64,000 bases of DNA. Origin: an uncultured virus (IMG/VR IMGVR_UViG_3300030106_006393). Lineage: Duplodnaviria; Heunggongvirae; Uroviricota; Caudoviricetes. The position numbers and the translations under genes were made by a program. Within the stretch, counting starts at the first letter, position 1. The number at the start of each line of letters is the position of its first letter. The notes under the pieces are model-generated. The model was not told the DNA's origin. It did no database searches and was given only the letters and a program-made list of their open reading frames with translations. The stretch lies in IMG/VR virus record IMGVR_UViG_3300030106_006393, positions 1 to 64,000 of that record; one strand, given 5' to 3'. Below are positions 59,496 through 64,000 of the stretch, piece after piece.

Positions 59496-60477
59496 CTTTG
59501 AAGATGTGCTCTTGGTACCGCAAAAGAGTGACATAGTAAGCAGGTCAGAAGTTAATCTGACATCAACAATGGGAAACCACAGTTTTGAGCTGCCGATAAT
59601 CGCTAGTCCTATGGACACGGTTACCGAAACGGTCATGGCTTCAACCATGAAGGAGCTTGGAGCGCTCGGGATCATCCACAGGTACGCATCGATTGAAGAG
59701 CAGTGCGAAATGGTAAGCCCCACGGTTGTGGCTGCAGCAGTAGGAGTTTCAGGAGACTTTAAAGAGCGTGTCGCCTCTCTCAAAGAAGTTGGTCTAGAGA
59801 TTGTCTGTTTAGATGTTGCTCACGGCCACCATTCAATGATGGAAGCTGCGCTAAAGCACCTTAGAGATACGTATGGCAACGATTTAACAATCATAGCGGG
59901 TAACGTAGCGACTCCAGAGGGGTATAGGGATCTTTCTGAGTGGGGTGCTGACGCAGTCAGGATCGGCATCGGGGGCGGCTCTATCTGTTCGACAAGGATT
60001 CAGACGGGACATGGAGTTCCCACCTTTCAGTCTGTTTTGGACTGCAAGTATGTCGACGCGGATGCCAAGATTATAGCTGATGGCGGCATAAAGACAGCAG
60101 GAGACATGGTTAAGGCCATAGCTGCAGGTGCAGACTTTGTAATGCTTGGCTCGATGCTCGCAGGAACGGATGAATCACCGGGGCAAGTCTTTGTCTCTGG
60201 AGACGACAAGAAGTATAAGGTATACAGAGGGATGGCTAGCGTTGAAGCGCAGGTCGACTGGAGAGGTGAAGCAAGATCTTTGGAGGGTGTATCGACTACG
60301 ATTCCGCATAAGGGCTCAGTTACGAGCGTGATGTCTGGTCTAAAGCAGAATATAAGAAGCGGACTGTCTTATTCTGGTGCACGCACCATAGAAGAATTCC
60401 AAGCGAAAGCTAGATTCATCAGGCAAACTAGCGCAAGCATGGTGGAGAGCGGGACACACATACTAAATGGAAGATAA
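59479..60477 (+). CDS. IMP dehydrogenase/GMP reductase family protein (no CBS domains)
   Basis: [45 protein letters not shown]. Confidence 0.92.
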   Translation: MKETLSFEDVLLVPQKSDIVSRSEVNLTSTMGNHSFELPIIASPMDTVTETVMASTMKELGALGIIHRYASIEEQCEMVSPTVVAAAVGVSGDFKERVASLKEVGLEIVCLDVAHGHHSMMEAALKHLRDTYGNDLTIIAGNVATPEGYRDLSEWGADAVRIGIGGGSICSTRIQTGHGVPTFQSVLDCKYVDADAKIIADGGIKTAGDMVKAIAAGADFVMLGSMLAGTDESPGQVFVSGDDKKYKVYRGMASVEAQVDWRGEARSLEGVSTTIPHKGSVTSVMSGLKQNIRSGLSYSGARTIEEFQAKARFIRQTSASMVESGTHILNGR

Positions 60478-60805
60478 ATATAAATACGGCCAAGAAGGTA
60501 AAAAGATTGTCTTCCAAGATTTAGACAAGAGGCACGCAGATTTGAAGATCAGGCTTAGGCATGACGGCCTGACACAGATCCAGTTTTTCCAGTCGATAAT
60601 GACGGGCTATATAGAGAACGACCCACGATTGATAGATTTCATCACGGACGTCAAGATCGATCTTGCCCGACAAGGAAAGACAAGGATCAAAAAGACTCGC
60701 AATTTGATAGAAGAGGGAGAGCAGGTCAAGAGGCTTTTTCTTTTCGATGACAGCGAACAGGAAGAGATCTTCGACATGATAGCAAAGGAGTTTCCAGATT
60801 TATGA
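60467..60805 (+). CDS. Hypothetical protein
   Basis: 112-aa coupled ORF. Confidence 0.65.
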   Translation: MEDKYKYGQEGKKIVFQDLDKRHADLKIRLRHDGLTQIQFFQSIMTGYIENDPRLIDFITDVKIDLARQGKTRIKKTRNLIEEGEQVKRLFLFDDSEQEEIFDMIAKEFPDL

Positions 60806-61050
60806 GCGATGGCTTGACAGAGTGCGCAAGAAAGTGTTATAATGAAAACAAACCTTGCGGAGAAACAGGATGCAGAAAATGGATAGACTATGAAGAGGAC
60901 AATAACTGTTGTTTAATCTCAATAAGGAATAATGGCGGCGATAAGCTAACATTAGCAGAGACAGGAAAGAGAATCGGACTCAGTTTTGTTAGAGTCCGAC
61001 AAATTGAACAAAGGGCACTAGAGAAACTTTCCAAATATTGCGAAAAATAA
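60802..61050 (+). CDS. Stand-alone sigma70 region 4 HTH protein with Cys-rich N-terminus
   Basis: LTLAETGKRIGLSFVRVRQIEQRALEKL; six Cys upstream of the HTH. Confidence 0.8.
   Translation: MSDGLTECARKCYNENKPCGETGCRKWIDYEEDNNCCLISIRNNGGDKLTLAETGKRIGLSFVRVRQIEQRALEKLSKYCEK
60814..60843 (+). promoter_or_regulatory. Sigma70-type promoter inside the sigma-4 gene
   Basis: TTGACA-18 nt-TATAAT with TG extension. Confidence 0.55.
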
Positions 61051-61072
61051 TCTCTTTTTTGCTCCTAATAGC

Positions 61073-61081
61073 ACTATTTAT
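61073..61081 (+). promoter_or_regulatory. Putative late promoter ACTATTTAT
   Basis: Motif instance in intergenic region. Confidence 0.6.
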
Positions 61082-61145
61082 TAATGAAATATAGTGTAAA
61101 ATATCTTTTTTATAACTTTTTTACAAACACCTAGGAGAAACCATA

Positions 61146-61793
61146 ATGAGTAAAAAGACACTACTTAAGGAAAATACAATCCGTAGATTCTGGAAGCTTT
61201 CCGGAATTACGCCTGTTAACGAGATGGCAGCAAAGTTTGCCAGAGACGAGGACGAGGACGAAGAAGCCATTGAAGAAGGCGGCGGCTACAAGCCTGGCGG
61301 TGATTGGGAATCAGACCCTTTCCGAGTTGATCAGGAAGAGGACGAGCCAATGGAAGAGATGGCGCCAGCCCTCAGAGACGAGGAAGAGCCTATGCAGGAG
61401 GAAGAAGAGGGTGAAATGCCCGAGCCTGCAATGGACGAGCCTGCAGAGCCTGAAATGGACATGGACATGGGCGACGACGCTGCTGAAGGCGGAGACGTAG
61501 AGGCTGAGGTCTCGATCCCAGAGTCTGATGTTGACGCACTTAGAACTGCTCGTGACGTGATTGACCAGATCCTCGGAGCTAGCGATGAGGGTGCCGGCGA
61601 GCTGGACATGGGCGGCGACGAAGAGGTCGCTGATCTCCCAGCTCCTGAGCCAGAGGCAGAAGAGGAAGAGGAGCCACTTATGGAGCTTGATATCGACAAC
61701 GATCAGCTTAATGAAGTTCTCGACCGAATCACATCCCGCGTTACAAAGCGAATCCTCAAAGAGGCTCTCGCTAAAAAGTTGACAAAAAACTAA
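61146..61793 (+). CDS. Highly acidic protein, putative accessory prohead core/internal protein
   Basis: Glu/Asp-rich centre, basic ends, RRFWKLSGI motif, late motif upstream. Confidence 0.6.
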   Translation: MSKKTLLKENTIRRFWKLSGITPVNEMAAKFARDEDEDEEAIEEGGGYKPGGDWESDPFRVDQEEDEPMEEMAPALRDEEEPMQEEEEGEMPEPAMDEPAEPEMDMDMGDDAAEGGDVEAEVSIPESDVDALRTARDVIDQILGASDEGAGELDMGGDEEVADLPAPEPEAEEEEEPLMELDIDNDQLNEVLDRITSRVTKRILKEALAKKLTKN

Positions 61794-61800
61794 TTTGTCA

Positions 61801-61829
61801 TTGACATAACAGCTGAAAGACTGTAATAT
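61801..61829 (+). promoter_or_regulatory. Sigma70-type promoter (possibly leaderless transcript)
   Basis: TTGACA-17 nt-TAATAT ending 6 nt before ATG 61836. Confidence 0.55.
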
Positions 61830-61835
61830 ATAAAT

Positions 61836-62228
61836 ATGTTGACTTACTTAATATGGTTTCTGGCCGGTGCCCTAGCGCACCGGCTGCTATCCTTTTTTCT
61901 TGCTGTTCGCTTAGAAAAGCATATCATTTCACAAACATTGTTGATTACGGGAAAACTGTTCAAAGCTATTTCTATTGATATAGAAAGAATCCTGGCGTTT
62001 AAGCACGACGCTATTAAATACTCGGATCTCCCGGATCAGATTATCAAAAAGACTATTGACTCTGACAGGGAGTTTATCGCCAAGTGGCAGATGCTTCTTT
62101 TCACTACGGTGGCGATGACAATACCAACAAAATACATTAAAACTATTCCAAATTACATTTGGGACGAAAGAATTGATCTGAATAGCATAGTTACAAAGCT
62201 GGAGGAAGAAAACAATGAACAATATTGA
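61836..62228 (+). CDS. Hypothetical protein with N-terminal TM
   Basis: MLTYLIWFLAGALA. Confidence 0.6.
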   Translation: MLTYLIWFLAGALAHRLLSFFLAVRLEKHIISQTLLITGKLFKAISIDIERILAFKHDAIKYSDLPDQIIKKTIDSDREFIAKWQMLLFTTVAMTIPTKYIKTIPNYIWDERIDLNSIVTKLEEENNEQY

Positions 62229-62520
62229 GTTAAGCGCCTGGGGTGAAAAGAACGACACAGACGATCTAATCACTTACAAGGTCCAAGCGAAGTTGAAAGG
62301 CAAGAGGCAACTGAATTCCCTAATGAAGGAGTTTAGTGGCTGGAAACAAGCAGGCGAGGGCTATGACCCGAACAATGAGAAGACGATTATCTTGATGATG
62401 CGAACTTTTGAGAACAAGAAGTCGTGGATGAAGTTTGCTAACGATCTTCCATTTTTGGTGGAAGAGTTTAATCCAAGAACAGGAAAAAAGAAGGTAATCA
62501 ATGGAAAAAGAAGAAAATAA
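62215..62520 (+). CDS. Hypothetical protein
   Basis: GGAGG SD; overlapping ORF. Confidence 0.6.
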   Translation: MNNIELSAWGEKNDTDDLITYKVQAKLKGKRQLNSLMKEFSGWKQAGEGYDPNNEKTIILMMRTFENKKSWMKFANDLPFLVEEFNPRTGKKKVINGKRRK

Positions 62521-63172
62521 CGAAGAGGGAGTAGATCTTGAATCGCTCCCTATGCAGTATGATGATCGACAAATCGTAATCATCAACAATATTGACCAGC
62601 CGGCAGGAGAGGGTATTCGTACATTCTCTCTGTATGGGGACGTCAACGAAAAGATGTGTGCAGAAGCCGTGTCAACACTGCTGTACCTCAAGGACACAGC
62701 AAGCAGTGTGGCGTACGAAGATCCAGAAGACCCAGATTCTGAGCTGGTGCACACAACAAAACCTATTAAGATGCTAATCTCTACACAAGGAGGCAGCGCA
62801 TCTGAAATGTTCTCTCTTTATGATACGATGAGGTTCGTAAAGGAGACTTGCGATATAGAAACTCTCGGAGTCGGAAAGGTTATGTCTGCTGGCGTTCTTA
62901 TCTTTGCTGCGGGAACCAAAGGCAAGAGAAAGATTGGAGCAAACTGCAGAGTCATGATCCATAGTGTTATGGGTGGTTTCGGAGGAAACATCCACAGCAT
63001 GGAAAATGAGATAGCCGAAGTAAGATGGATTCAGGACCAGTACATCAAGTGCCTTGCGAAAGAATCGAAGCTTACAGAGGCAAAGATTAGAAAGATGCTA
63101 AAGAGGCAGGTTGATGTATATCTCTCTGCAGAGGAAGCGGTTGAATTTGGCATAGCCGATGAGATAGTGTAA
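62501..63172 (+). CDS. clpP: ClpP-family serine protease
   Basis: ISTQGGS, GKVMSAG (Ser), VMIHS (His), DVYLSAEEAVEFGIADEI (Asp). Confidence 0.92.
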   Translation: MEKEENNEEGVDLESLPMQYDDRQIVIINNIDQPAGEGIRTFSLYGDVNEKMCAEAVSTLLYLKDTASSVAYEDPEDPDSELVHTTKPIKMLISTQGGSASEMFSLYDTMRFVKETCDIETLGVGKVMSAGVLIFAAGTKGKRKIGANCRVMIHSVMGGFGGNIHSMENEIAEVRWIQDQYIKCLAKESKLTEAKIRKMLKRQVDVYLSAEEAVEFGIADEIV

Positions 63173-63201
63173 CACTAATTATACTAAAAGGAGAACAGTT
63201 T

Positions 63202-64000
63202 ATGTCTGGTTTTGACGATTTATTTGAAACATACAAGAAAAAGCACAGCGTTCAAGACGTCTTGTTTGAGATGGTGGAAAAGGCTCTGCAAGATAGTTCG
63301 CTGGTGATGGAGCAAGATGAGCCTTCTGCAGGCCGAAAGTTCATGATGGTTATTCCCAGGATCTCACCGTCAGAAGCTTGGGGTGACCCAAATTCAATGG
63401 AAAGAGAACAGGTCAATGAGATCTTCAAAGTAGTTAGAGGTGGTGCGAGTATATCTGCGCGTATCCAATCTCTAAATGATTATCTGGATCCAGCAAAAGC
63501 AAAGCGTAAGCGCTCACCACGAGTTATTATCAACAATATGATCATCCTAGAGAGCCTCAAGGCTGCACTCAATCACTTCAGTGAATCGGCTGCTGGGTTT
63601 GTTCTTGAAGCTTTCATGGCAGCACTTACTGGAGGTTTCCAGCAGGCAGAAAGAGTCGGAGGAACTTTGCCGATAGAAGACTTCGTTGCCTTCACGGAGT
63701 TCGGTGGCACACCTACTGCTGTAAGTTTGAAGCTTTTGCAAAAGACCACACAAATCAAAGGTAGTTTTACAAACCTTGTGGACTATCTTTTTGTTAGGGG
63801 CGAGCCAAGCATAAAGTATCTGGTGGCTTACAAGAATGCAAAGTCCAACATAGAGAGTCTGGATATTTATGATTTCACAATTTCAAGAGATAACCTTGTA
63901 TCTTTCATTGTTGCCGGCGCGGAAAATCCACATGCTAGTCTTTTGGGCGGGACTGATTTGGCCAAGCTGCAAAACGTATTGAGCAATGGCACCATAGAAG
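63202..64000 (+). CDS. Hypothetical protein (3' partial), possible PD-(D/E)XK nuclease-like
   Basis: ACTAATTAT at 63174, AAGGAG SD, ATG 63202, open to window end; GFVLEAFMAAL...IEDF...VSLKLL. Confidence 0.6.
   Translation, partial: MSGFDDLFETYKKKHSVQDVLFEMVEKALQDSSLVMEQDEPSAGRKFMMVIPRISPSEAWGDPNSMEREQVNEIFKVVRGGASISARIQSLNDYLDPAKAKRKRSPRVIINNMIILESLKAALNHFSESAAGFVLEAFMAALTGGFQQAERVGGTLPIEDFVAFTEFGGTPTAVSLKLLQKTTQIKGSFTNLVDYLFVRGEPSIKYLVAYKNAKSNIESLDIYDFTISRDNLVSFIVAGAENPHASLLGGTDLAKLQNVLSNGTIE

Noticed and set aside
1..64000. Genome-wide stop codon reassignment
   Set aside because: Long genes are intact in code 11, and TAG/TGA end recognisable genes (recA, dnaE, dut) at expected positions.

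Overview
This window is a segment of a large lytic myophage with a T4-like virion module, apparently from a scaffolded assembly (two 10-N gaps). All supported genes are on the + strand and the standard genetic code fits. Order: SbcC/gp46 ATPase and a possible lysis trio; head module (terminase, portal, prohead protease, ribosomal protein bS21, scaffold, major capsid); neck and tail module (gp13, gp14, two gp15 paralogs, repeat fibre, sheath, tube, chaperone, tape measure, baseplate); then replication and metabolism genes (minimal PolA domain, tubulin-like protein, SSB, FKBP, OM barrel, RecA, 5'-3' exonuclease, helicase, class II RNR, GroES, ThyX, two Cys/Asp-repeat vWA lipoproteins, DnaE, dUTPase, IMPDH/GMPR, stand-alone sigma region 4, ClpP). 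Two promoter classes are visible: sigma70-like promoters before replication genes and a recurrent ACTAWTTA motif before structural genes. Best candidates for new biology: (1) a 21-aa Cys-Cys uORF in frame with the prohead protease across an amber codon plus hairpin; (2) a prfB-like +1 frameshift in the tail chaperone; (3) myxobacterial-style vWA surface lipoproteins with an OM barrel; (4) a lone Cys-rich sigma-4 protein that may switch between the promoter classes. All product calls come from motif recognition by eye; no database searches were run.
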